From a virus (taxonomy: Duplodnaviria; Caudoviricetes), in IMG/VR virus record IMGVR_UViG_3300025467_000019, positions 1 through 59,062 of that record: DNA of 59,062 nt, one strand, 5' to 3'. The first letter of the stretch is position 1. Each line of letters begins with the position of its first letter. The position numbers and the translations under genes are program-made. Positions 28,951-38,044 of the stretch are shown one piece after another. The notes beneath the pieces are model-generated. The model was not told the DNA's origin. It ran no database searches and worked only from the letters and a program-made list of their open reading frames with translations.

Positions 28951-30507
28951 ATGAAGAGCTTGAATACATTACAAACTAAGTATGAACTATCATACGTTAC
29001 AGAAGCTGTAAACGAATTATATTTTAAGAAGTTATTTGAAGCAATAGCTACTCCAACACCTGTTGCACAACCTGCACCAGCTGCTGCTCCTGCTGCAACT
29101 ACCCAGGCTCCTGTAGCTTCTGCAGCTCAACAAAAACCTGCAGCTGCACCTGCACAACAAGCACCTGCACCTGCACAACAAGCACCTGCACCTGCACAAC
29201 AAGCACCTGCACCTGCCCAACAAGCACCTGCACCTGCAACTGCACAACAAGCACCTGCACCTGCAACTGCACAACAAGCTGCTCCACAAACCCCTCAAGA
29301 TTTAGAAAAAGCAGTTGAAGCAGATCCAAAACAATTACCTGGTTTAATTCAAACTTTAGTTAATAACGTTAAACAAAACCCTCAAGCATTAGCAGCTTTA
29401 CAAGCAGCTGTTGCAAAAAACGATGTAAAAGCAGTACAACAACTAGCTGCGCAATATGCCCCTAAAGAAGAGGAAACGTTCGTTAGTGAACAAATTGATT
29501 ATATTCTAGAACATGTCGACACACTTTCTAATAAAGACGAAGTACGTAGAGGTTTACAAGAGTATGTAGAGTCTGGTGGGGACGTAAAAGTACTCAGACG
29601 GTATGATGAAAAGTATGATGAAAATGTACTAAGTGTTTATAAAGAATATTACCTACAAGAAGGTATATGGGACGCTATTAAATCTGTAGGTAAAGGTATT
29701 TGGCAGGGTATTAAAAATGTAGGTGCTGCAGCAGCACCTGTTATAGGTAAATACGGTCCATGGGCTGCATTAGGCGCTTTAGCTGGTGGCCCATTAGGGG
29801 CTATGGCTTTACCTTTGTTAGCAAAAGCTCTCGGTGGTAAGGGTGGAGAAACTACAGCAAATAAGCCAGAAGAACAAAAATTAAAACCTATCAGTAAAAT
29901 GACTGCAGTCGATCTTTCAGGTGTAAGTGATGAAAAATATAGTTCACTTCCATTAATGGCAGTAAAAAATAAATTTAAAGTACTCGATCTTACACCTGAG
30001 GAAGAACAAGATATTGAAAAGGGTGCTACACTTAACATAACAGACAAACAAGACAATACAGTACAGTTTACGTATAAAAACGGTTTATTATCGTTTATAA
30101 AAGTATCGGGTGGTTCTGATGCAGCTCCTGCTCCTGCACCATCTACTACACCTGCTCCAACACCTCCTTTACTCACTCCTACTCCTCCACCTGTTACTGC
30201 TACTCCACCTCCAGTTGCACCAAAACCACCTGTGGTTAGAAAGCGTAAAGCAAAACCTGCTACTATAAACGTTAAGGATAATTTATATACTCCTGCACAA
30301 GTAAAAAACGCAAAAAATAGAATAGCTAAAAAACAATATAACGGTAAAGAAGAGTTAATGAATCTTCAAAAAATTGCAAAAAACCCAAAGCGCGGAAAAA
30401 ATGAACTACCGGTAGGGGAAAAAGCGTTTATGTCTTTAGCAAATAAAATCATAAACGAAATGCACAATACTTCTGGTGCTATACCGATTGAAAAAGCTAA
30501 TGGCTAA
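28951..30507 (+). CDS. Pro/Ala/Gln-rich protein with a glycine-zipper-like segment (518 aa)
   Basis: QQAPAPA repeats, LQEGIWDAIKSVGKG, AALGALAGGPLGA, PPP/T stretch; TAAATA upstream. Confidence 0.75.
   Translation: MKSLNTLQTKYELSYVTEAVNELYFKKLFEAIATPTPVAQPAPAAAPAATTQAPVASAAQQKPAAAPAQQAPAPAQQAPAPAQQAPAPAQQAPAPATAQQAPAPATAQQAAPQTPQDLEKAVEADPKQLPGLIQTLVNNVKQNPQALAALQAAVAKNDVKAVQQLAAQYAPKEEETFVSEQIDYILEHVDTLSNKDEVRRGLQEYVESGGDVKVLRRYDEKYDENVLSVYKEYYLQEGIWDAIKSVGKGIWQGIKNVGAAAAPVIGKYGPWAALGALAGGPLGAMALPLLAKALGGKGGETTANKPEEQKLKPISKMTAVDLSGVSDEKYSSLPLMAVKNKFKVLDLTPEEEQDIEKGATLNITDKQDNTVQFTYKNGLLSFIKVSGGSDAAPAPAPSTTPAPTPPLLTPTPPPVTATPPPVAPKPPVVRKRKAKPATINVKDNLYTPAQVKNAKNRIAKKQYNGKEELMNLQKIAKNPKRGKNELPVGEKAFMSLANKIINEMHNTSGAIPIEKANG
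29143..29280 (+). repeat. 21/27-bp coding repeat (AQQAPAP)
   Basis: gcacaacaagcacctgcacct repeated about five times with variants. Confidence 0.85.
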
Positions 30508-30510
30508 TGA

Positions 30511-31095
30511 ATGAGTACTGTTGTACAGCAATCCATTCTTAATAAGAACAGAAAAGATAAGTTTTTACTTGTCTTAAACTTGCCACCTATTCTTAGATCT
30601 TCTAACAAACCCGATCAAGGAGATCGTTCAAATAAGTTTATAAATCAAGATTCATTACAGTATTCCATTTATGGTACTGTAGTACCTGAAACTACTGTTC
30701 CTGAAGTAGAATTGGCATTTTCAGGTCAAACTGCTAAAGTTACGAGTTATAACAGAAATTCATATAAATCCGTTACTGTAAACTTTACCGTAGATAACCA
30801 ATTTAATAATTGGTGGGTGTTGTGGTATTGGCTTAATGTTCTCAATGATTCTAAAGAAAGTTCTTATAATTTTAGCGAATTAGGAGATACAGATCCTTTT
30901 ATCAACCTTACCAATTATCAAACTAATATTACTATATTCGGATTAGATGAGTACAACAACAAAGTTATACAATGGGATTATATAAGAGCGTTTATAACAA
31001 ATTTAGGGGAAATTACCTACAATTATAGAGATGGAGATCAAATTGAATCTTCATTTACATTTGCGTTTGGCCAGCTTAACGCTCAATTACTTTAA
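30511..31095 (+). CDS. tail completion / tube-terminator-like protein (gp3/gp19 fold)
   Basis: VPETTVPEV...YKSVTVNFTVD...WL...AFITNLGEITYN...FTFAF; directly before the sheath gene. Confidence 0.65.
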   Translation: MSTVVQQSILNKNRKDKFLLVLNLPPILRSSNKPDQGDRSNKFINQDSLQYSIYGTVVPETTVPEVELAFSGQTAKVTSYNRNSYKSVTVNFTVDNQFNNWWVLWYWLNVLNDSKESSYNFSELGDTDPFINLTNYQTNITIFGLDEYNNKVIQWDYIRAFITNLGEITYNYRDGDQIESSFTFAFGQLNAQLL

Positions 31096-31154
31096 TAAAA
31101 TCAGTGTTTTGGCGCCGGAATCTCATAAATAATATTAAGTAACACTTAAATATT

Positions 31155-33527
31155 ATGGCACAACGTACTATACAATCTCCGGGCGTACAGATTAATGAAA
31201 TCGACCTATCCACAAGAGCAGTAACACCAGTCGGTACTAATGTTTTAGTAACTGGTTTTGCACCACAAGGTCCGACTTATGAAATAGTTGAATTAGCATC
31301 TCTTAGCGATTTCCAAACTGTTTTCGGTACACCTACAAATGCTGCAGAACGCTATTTTTATTATGCAGTAAATCAACTCTTTACAGCTGGTAATAATCCA
31401 ACTATTAAAGCAGTACGTATTCCATATGGCAGTGGTAGTGGTGAAGGTACAGCAAGTCAATACAGTGCATTAGCATTTCCAGTTGTTGCAATTCCGTCAA
31501 ATACAACTCAATACCCATTAAGTGCTGCAGCAAACGGTACTATTCCATTAAGTTCTGCACAAGGTTACTATTTCGGTGAACCAGCACTTGTTGCTTTAAC
31601 ACCTGATCAATACTCCACAATTTCTCAAGGCGGCCTCAATTGGTCTTCAACGACTGGTAATGTAGCGTTAAGCAGTTTCGTAGTTTCTGGTAGCAACGTA
31701 ATAACCGATCTTGGTAAAGCTGGTATGGTTGTAGTTAATGTTGCTAAGACAACAATTGATGATAACTTCCAAGGTTACTACCTTAACTTAGCTGACGCTT
31801 TCAGCAATAATCCAACATCTGATTACGATGATGCAGTATCTATTAGAACAATTGGTAGCACATATTTTATTGATGGTCAACAAGCTGTTGATACAAATTA
31901 TATAACAATACCACAAACACGTATTGGTTTTACATTAAGTGCAGCTTATTTACCAAGTGTTGATAGCCTTTCACACGATATCGAAAATATACCTACATTT
32001 AATATTGCTGCTTCAGGTTATAGTGACAATGTAGTTCTTTCGTTGTTTAGATTACGCCCTTCACCATTCTCACAAAATACAACAACATTACAGTATGTAT
32101 TACAAGAAGGTTATGCAGGTTCATTCTACGCAAACCGTACACAGCAAGATCCAAAAGGTGGTCAACCAACCTCACTATTCTTACAAACAGTTGCTAACAA
32201 CGCTTCAAACAACATTGAAGTATATATTAACCCATACATCTCATCCTATACAAATTGGTTAGATAATAACGGTAACTCAACAAAACGTGTAAGAGTATTT
32301 AAGACAAATACATTAACTACAATAGCAGCTACTTCAAATACAGATCCTGATTATACATTCTATACTCAAGCTTCTGCATATCTAGCACATGCTCCTACTT
32401 CATTCTTACCTGCTAACGAATTATATGCATTAGGTGTATATGCAGATAGCCTACCATCAAATAGCACAAAAGTTATTGGTGACTTAGGCTCAAAGCTTGA
32501 CTACGTTTTAAATCAAGCTGAAAACACCGATGTAGTTGACATTGACATTACACTTGATGCTGGTTTATCAACAATTGCAGCAATTCAAGCATACAATGCT
32601 TCACCAGAGTATGATGATACTTCAATACCATCAGGTCTTATGTCTGACCTTGAAGATCTGACCGACTCAAGCGGTAACCCAGTAAGCAATACAGCAACAC
32701 AAGCTTGGACATCTATAACAAATCAATTTGTAGATTTTGCAGCAAATCGTCGCAAAGATCACATCTTTATTTCTGACCCATTACGTCATATTTTTGTAAC
32801 TGGTAAGAACTACAAGACTCTTAATAATAAAGAAAACGACTTCTCACAAAACATTTACTGGCCTCTACGTAACCTTTACGGAGCATTCAACACAAGTTAT
32901 GCTACCGCATATGCTAACTGGGCACAGCAAGTAGATATTTTTACTTCTCAATCAGTCTGGTTACCATTCTCTGGTTATGCAGCAGCAATGATTACAGCAA
33001 GCGATTCAAATAATTACTTCTGGACACCACCAGCTGGTTTAAATAGAGGTATCATTAATGGTTTAACTGATATTGGTGTTAACCCACAACAAAAACAACG
33101 CGACTTACTTTACAAAGTATCTCTTAACCCTGTAGTATACTTCCCAAATGAAGGTTACTCAGTATTCGGTCAAAAGACACTATTAAAGACACCAAGTGCG
33201 TTTAGTCGTATTAATGTACGTCGGTTGTTCTTATATCTAGAAAAGACAGCTTTACAAACATTAAAGTATTTTGTATTTGAACCAAATACAACATTTACTC
33301 AAAGTAGAGTTGTTAACACATTAACACCTGTATTTGAATTAGCTAAGAACACACAAGGTTTATACGATTACTTAATTGTATGTAACAGTACGAACAACAC
33401 GCCGAGTGTAATTGATGACAATACATTAGTTGTCGACATTTACATTAAGCCGGTTCAAGCTGCAGAGTTTATATTAGTAAACTTCTATGCAACTAAGACT
33501 TCACAAAACTTTAACGAGCTTTTATAA
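31155..33527 (+). CDS. contractile tail sheath protein (T4 gp18-like)
   Basis: SPGVQINEIDLS, FGTPT, PAGLNRG, RDLLYK...NPV, GQKTL...SAFSRINVRRLF, FVFEPN, IYIKP...AEFI. Confidence 0.97.
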   Translation: MAQRTIQSPGVQINEIDLSTRAVTPVGTNVLVTGFAPQGPTYEIVELASLSDFQTVFGTPTNAAERYFYYAVNQLFTAGNNPTIKAVRIPYGSGSGEGTASQYSALAFPVVAIPSNTTQYPLSAAANGTIPLSSAQGYYFGEPALVALTPDQYSTISQGGLNWSSTTGNVALSSFVVSGSNVITDLGKAGMVVVNVAKTTIDDNFQGYYLNLADAFSNNPTSDYDDAVSIRTIGSTYFIDGQQAVDTNYITIPQTRIGFTLSAAYLPSVDSLSHDIENIPTFNIAASGYSDNVVLSLFRLRPSPFSQNTTTLQYVLQEGYAGSFYANRTQQDPKGGQPTSLFLQTVANNASNNIEVYINPYISSYTNWLDNNGNSTKRVRVFKTNTLTTIAATSNTDPDYTFYTQASAYLAHAPTSFLPANELYALGVYADSLPSNSTKVIGDLGSKLDYVLNQAENTDVVDIDITLDAGLSTIAAIQAYNASPEYDDTSIPSGLMSDLEDLTDSSGNPVSNTATQAWTSITNQFVDFAANRRKDHIFISDPLRHIFVTGKNYKTLNNKENDFSQNIYWPLRNLYGAFNTSYATAYANWAQQVDIFTSQSVWLPFSGYAAAMITASDSNNYFWTPPAGLNRGIINGLTDIGVNPQQKQRDLLYKVSLNPVVYFPNEGYSVFGQKTLLKTPSAFSRINVRRLFLYLEKTALQTLKYFVFEPNTTFTQSRVVNTLTPVFELAKNTQGLYDYLIVCNSTNNTPSVIDDNTLVVDIYIKPVQAAEFILVNFYATKTSQNFNELL

Positions 33528-33547
33528 CCTTAACATAAGTATTTAAT

Positions 33548-34105
33548 ATGTCACAAACTATACAAGATTTTTATAGAGTAGCACAAGCACGCGGATTTGC
33601 TCGTGATTTCATGATGAGAGTCCGCTCAATAGGTGATGCAGCATCACAATCAAGTGCATTCAACGAAGATGATTTTGTATATATTACTACAAAGTCGTTA
33701 CCTGACCGTCAAATCACTAATCAAAAAGTACCATACATGGGTTTAAACTTTAATGTACCAGGCACTGTTGATTATACAGGTTCAGATGGTTGGAACGTTA
33801 AGTTCTATAATGATCGTAACGGTATTATTCGTCAAAAGCTTGAAAATTGGCAAATCAATGGTGTATTTGATGATGCTACAAGTACTGGCGATCTTTCGTT
33901 ACGTGGTACAGATAAGGTTATACAATTAGACTTAATTGATGAAAGTCAAAAAGTACTTAACACATACAAATTATTTGGTGTGTATATTATAAACCTCGGT
34001 GCAGTAGATGGTTATGATAATGCTGGTGCTGGTAAACCTCTCGATTTTACAGCAAAGCTTGCTTATCAATACTGGAGACATACAGTTAGCCCTGCAACTG
34101 CTTAA
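33548..34105 (+). CDS. tail tube protein (T4 gp19-like)
   Basis: Follows the sheath; SLP...VPYMG...VPG...WNVKFYND...IRQKLENW...FTAKLAYQYW. Confidence 0.85.
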   Translation: MSQTIQDFYRVAQARGFARDFMMRVRSIGDAASQSSAFNEDDFVYITTKSLPDRQITNQKVPYMGLNFNVPGTVDYTGSDGWNVKFYNDRNGIIRQKLENWQINGVFDDATSTGDLSLRGTDKVIQLDLIDESQKVLNTYKLFGVYIINLGAVDGYDNAGAGKPLDFTAKLAYQYWRHTVSPATA

Positions 34106-34120
34106 TATTAAGTTTATTAC

Positions 34121-34150
34121 AAAGCCCTGGTTAAATCCAGGGCTTTTTTT
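34121..34150 (+). terminator. intrinsic terminator after the main tube gene
   Basis: aaagccctgg-ttaaat-ccagggctttttttt. Confidence 0.9.
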
Positions 34151-34174
34151 ATGTTCAACCATTAAGTATTAATA

Positions 34175-34786
34175 ATGGCGAGTACAACAGATTCAGGTAT
34201 AGCTTCATTTTATCAAACAGCAACTAGACGTGGGTTTGCACGTACCAATCTGTTTAGAATAAATTCAATATCAAGAAACTCTAGTACTAATCCAGGTAAT
34301 AATACAGACATATATACACCTATACAAAACACTGAAAACTTGTTTTTATATGCTCAAGATGGCATTATACCATCACGTAATATATCTGTTACATCTGTAG
34401 ATTTTAAAGCATTTAAATACAATATACCAATGGTTGCTAGTTACCCTGAAGCAGCAGGTTCTTGGTCAGTTACGTTTTTTTGTGACAGAGATTATATATT
34501 GAGAAACGTTTTTGAGCAATGGTCGGTTGATACGTTTGATGAGCATACTTCTTTATCAAATCAACCTAATTGGTGGGATTGTAATGTAGTGTTGGACTTA
34601 ATTAATAATTCAGGCCCTAACGATATAAACACGCATCCAGCTGTTCGTAGATATACGTTAGTTGGTGCTTTTCTACAAAATGTGGGCAGTATGAAATATG
34701 AAGTTAAATCTGGTGGTGATATAGCAACAATGCAAGCTAATCTAGGCTTTCAATATATAACATCAGAAGACTTATTAACACAGTAG
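34175..34786 (+). CDS. tail tube paralog 2
   Basis: FYQTATRRGFAR...WSVTFFCD...LRNVFEQW...LGFQY aligns with 33548..34105. Confidence 0.75.
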   Translation: MASTTDSGIASFYQTATRRGFARTNLFRINSISRNSSTNPGNNTDIYTPIQNTENLFLYAQDGIIPSRNISVTSVDFKAFKYNIPMVASYPEAAGSWSVTFFCDRDYILRNVFEQWSVDTFDEHTSLSNQPNWWDCNVVLDLINNSGPNDINTHPAVRRYTLVGAFLQNVGSMKYEVKSGGDIATMQANLGFQYITSEDLLTQ

Positions 34787-34805
34787 GTGTAAGTATTATA
34801 CATAT

Positions 34806-35456
34806 ATGGGCGTTGTTTATGGGCAATCAATTAGAGATTTTTATAGAACTGCAACCGAACGCGGGTTTGCAAGAGATTTTCAATTTAGAATAACAGCGTT
34901 TAGGGTAAATGGCTTAGAACTTGATACTAATAGTTTAGTATTTTTAAAAACTGCTAATTTACCTGGTAAAACTATATCAACAATATCTACTCCTTATATG
35001 GGACTAGATTTTCAAATACCTGGTAACGTAAAGTTTGATAATAACAATAACTGGACAGTAACTTTTTATTGTGATCAAAGTTACGATCTAAGAACGTTAT
35101 TGGAAGGTTCAATGTCAGATACTTTTGATGAATCTCAATCTTCTGGTGATATGGAGCCAAGAGATTTGACCGAAAACATTATACAAATCTCTTTAATAGA
35201 TGATCAATTAGAAGAAGTGAGAGTTTACAACTTGTTAGGTGCATTTATAACAAATATAGGTGAAATAAAATACAATTTAACCGGGGCAGGGGCTGTACAA
35301 GAAGTTACTGCTAGTATAGCTTATCAGTACTGGACTACGGAGCCTAGTTCTGGTATAGCATCAGGTTTTAGTTTACAGAGCTTAATTGTAGGACAAGCTA
35401 CAGCAGCAGTTAACAACGTTATTAATAGTTTAATAACCAATTTAGGAGGTAGGTAA
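34806..35456 (+). CDS. tail tube paralog 3
   Basis: QSIRDFYRTATERGFARDF...LPG...PYMGL...WTVTFY...IAYQYW. Confidence 0.8.
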   Translation: MGVVYGQSIRDFYRTATERGFARDFQFRITAFRVNGLELDTNSLVFLKTANLPGKTISTISTPYMGLDFQIPGNVKFDNNNNWTVTFYCDQSYDLRTLLEGSMSDTFDESQSSGDMEPRDLTENIIQISLIDDQLEEVRVYNLLGAFITNIGEIKYNLTGAGAVQEVTASIAYQYWTTEPSSGIASGFSLQSLIVGQATAAVNNVINSLITNLGGR

Positions 35457-36163
35457 TGGCTACTATAATAGGCTCTAACGCTAACGTAAATAATTCTGGT
35501 TCTGAGGTAGGTACATTTGTACAGTTTTTGAGTAACCCAGCAACTCAAATACCTCTAGATTCTAATTTTCTTATTAGTTTTGACCCAATACCACCCGCTT
35601 TAAATAGTGGTACTGACTTATGGAAAAATTTAGAATATAATTGGAATGTAGCACCTACCCTAAACTCTTTGATAGGTCAAACACAAAAACAAACAGTGTT
35701 TGGTAATTCAGTATGTTTATTTGCTCAAGCTATTGACATACCCGGGGAAGCTGTAGGAACTGAAAGAGCATCTACACCGTTGGGTGGAGCCGCTGGTGGC
35801 TTGATACCTGGTGTTGTTAGCACATCACGGGCGGCGTATAACGATTTAACTATAAGTTTTCTTGAAACAAACCAATCATTCATTGACTTTTTTATACGCC
35901 CGTGGATTACGTTAGTAGGGCATTATGGTTTAATAGTAAGAGATAGTGCTTCTCCGCAAAACGTAAAAACAGACATAACAGTAGTACATTTTGATAAAAA
36001 CGATAATCAAACTAATGGTGGAGTGAGAAGGGTTTTTACTTTTTATTCATGCGCTCCTGTTAATATAGGAGATTCTAAATATTCATACGGTAAAGCAGAA
36101 ATAAGAGTAGAGCCGGTAAAATTTGTATATAACAATTACAAGATATCTTACATGCAAAATTAA
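35456..36163 (+). CDS. baseplate tail-tube initiator-like protein (gp54-like)
   Basis: AQAIDIPGE...LTISFLET...W...FTFYSCAPVNI...VKFVY tube-fold pattern and position. Confidence 0.6.
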   Translation: MATIIGSNANVNNSGSEVGTFVQFLSNPATQIPLDSNFLISFDPIPPALNSGTDLWKNLEYNWNVAPTLNSLIGQTQKQTVFGNSVCLFAQAIDIPGEAVGTERASTPLGGAAGGLIPGVVSTSRAAYNDLTISFLETNQSFIDFFIRPWITLVGHYGLIVRDSASPQNVKTDITVVHFDKNDNQTNGGVRRVFTFYSCAPVNIGDSKYSYGKAEIRVEPVKFVYNNYKISYMQN

Positions 36164-36202
36164 GGTAACTGATTTTTCAGCATACCAACGTAAGTCAATA
36201 CA

Positions 36203-37162
36203 ATGTCGTTTACATACGGAGTTAAATTACCTGGATTTAATAATAAAAAAATATGGGTAAAAGAAGTTACAGCTAAAGATTACAAAGACCTGGTTAAATC
36301 CCTTTATAACAACGACCCTACAGAGTTCTTACATCATTTAAATCAAGTAATTGAACACGTTTCCCCTGGGATATTACAGGAAGGACTCAATGTTGTAGAT
36401 AAGATTATACTTTTATTACAAATACGTTCAATATGTATAAGTCCTGATCTTAAATTGAAAGCAAACTGCACAGATACGAAAAAAGAGTTTGAATATACAG
36501 TAAAAATAGAAGATTTAATATCTAAATTAGAAAATATAAGTTATAATCGAACAGTTACACATGAGGATACTATAGTAAACCATAGTATTATTAAAGCTAA
36601 AGATGAAATATACTTTGTAGGTCTAGAAACTGAACGGTATTTCAGTTATACACTAGCTTCCTGTATAGATTCCTTATCGATTAGTGATAAGACTGTAAAT
36701 TTTAAAGAACTAGAATTTAATGATAGAATTAAAATTGTCGATACATTGCCTTTTTTAATAACCACTAAAATATATAAATCGATTACTACTGTAGAGGAAA
36801 ATCTCAACAATATTAAACTGTTGGTAATACTATCTCCTTTTACAAGAAAATATGTAGTAAACCTACCAGTGTCAACAAATACAAACGTGTTGTTAGATTT
36901 TTGTAAACTGGTCTTTAATGATGATTTAATAAACCTATATAAATTAAACTTAAGTTTGGTAAGCAAAGCTAATTTTACCCCGGATTATGTTGATAGTATA
37001 ACTCCAGCTGAACAATTATTGTACTGGACTTTATTTGTGCAGCAAGTTGAAAAAGAAAACTCAGAATCAAACACAATGTTGCAAAACAAACAAGCAACTG
37101 CACCCGGTTTTGATGGTAAAGCAATAGATTTGAACTTAAGAACACCAAGTGAATTTACTTGA
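36203..37162 (+). CDS. baseplate hub assembly protein (gp26-like with a gp51-like C-terminus)
   Basis: LNVVDKIILLLQIRSICIS; C-terminal LYKLNLSL...FTPDYVDSITPAEQLLY. Confidence 0.6.
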   Translation: MSFTYGVKLPGFNNKKIWVKEVTAKDYKDLVKSLYNNDPTEFLHHLNQVIEHVSPGILQEGLNVVDKIILLLQIRSICISPDLKLKANCTDTKKEFEYTVKIEDLISKLENISYNRTVTHEDTIVNHSIIKAKDEIYFVGLETERYFSYTLASCIDSLSISDKTVNFKELEFNDRIKIVDTLPFLITTKIYKSITTVEENLNNIKLLVILSPFTRKYVVNLPVSTNTNVLLDFCKLVFNDDLINLYKLNLSLVSKANFTPDYVDSITPAEQLLYWTLFVQQVEKENSESNTMLQNKQATAPGFDGKAIDLNLRTPSEFT

Positions 37163-37192
37163 TATACACACTTGCAAACGTAAATTAGTATT

Positions 37193-38008
37193 ATGAGCAA
37201 TAACTTTAATGACATACTATCCGTACTAGATACAATTAATAGAGAAGTATCGGTACCGATCTATATACCAAGTCTCAAAAGAGATGTAAAGTTTAAAAGC
37301 ATAAGCACCGGTCAACAAAAGAGTATATTAAAAGCTGCGGTTGACAACCCTGTTTTTCAGACTAGATTTACTATAGCGTTTTATGCGTTAATTCAAGAAA
37401 ACTGTCTTGAAAAAGATGTAGTACCACTATTAACCACTCTTGATGCAGCATGTATTGCAATACAGTTTAGAGTTAGTACAGCAGGTACAGATTATACTAT
37501 TCAACAAAATAATCGTAAGTTTAACGTAAACCTACAAACCGTTATAGATAAAATTAAAAGCAACGACGTTACGCTAAACGCAGACACAGTAACAGAAACA
37601 CCTTTTACTGTACAAGTAGGTACACCTTTATATGTTGATCAATTTAATTTAGAAAAACAACTTCGTGAAAAAAACACAAACGATCAACAAGTAATAAACA
37701 CTCAACTTACAGATACGATAGGAGATGCGTTTGTTGGAGAAGTATCAAAGTTTGTAAAGAATGTAACTGTGTACTACAATAATGAAACACAGCAAATAGA
37801 TTTTACCACATTACCTTTTGCAAAAAGACATGCATTATTAGAAAAAATGCCAAGCACCGTTGTTAAAGGCGTATTAAAGTATATGGAAAAGTATGTAAAT
37901 ATACAGAAGGATATATTAACAGTTACAGGTACGGATATAGAGAACGGTGAAGTGGTTAGCGATCTAGTGTTATTAGTAGATAGTGCTTTGTTTGTTGTTA
38001 GCCAATAA
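37193..38008 (+). CDS. baseplate hub subunit (gp26-like)
   Basis: IYIPSLKRDVKFKSISTGQQKSIL...LIQENC...LTTLD...IQFRVS. Confidence 0.65.
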   Translation: MSNNFNDILSVLDTINREVSVPIYIPSLKRDVKFKSISTGQQKSILKAAVDNPVFQTRFTIAFYALIQENCLEKDVVPLLTTLDAACIAIQFRVSTAGTDYTIQQNNRKFNVNLQTVIDKIKSNDVTLNADTVTETPFTVQVGTPLYVDQFNLEKQLREKNTNDQQVINTQLTDTIGDAFVGEVSKFVKNVTVYYNNETQQIDFTTLPFAKRHALLEKMPSTVVKGVLKYMEKYVNIQKDILTVTGTDIENGEVVSDLVLLVDSALFVVSQ

Positions 38009-38044
38009 TGCTTAAGGTACATTCAGTACCTAAGTATTTAGTAT

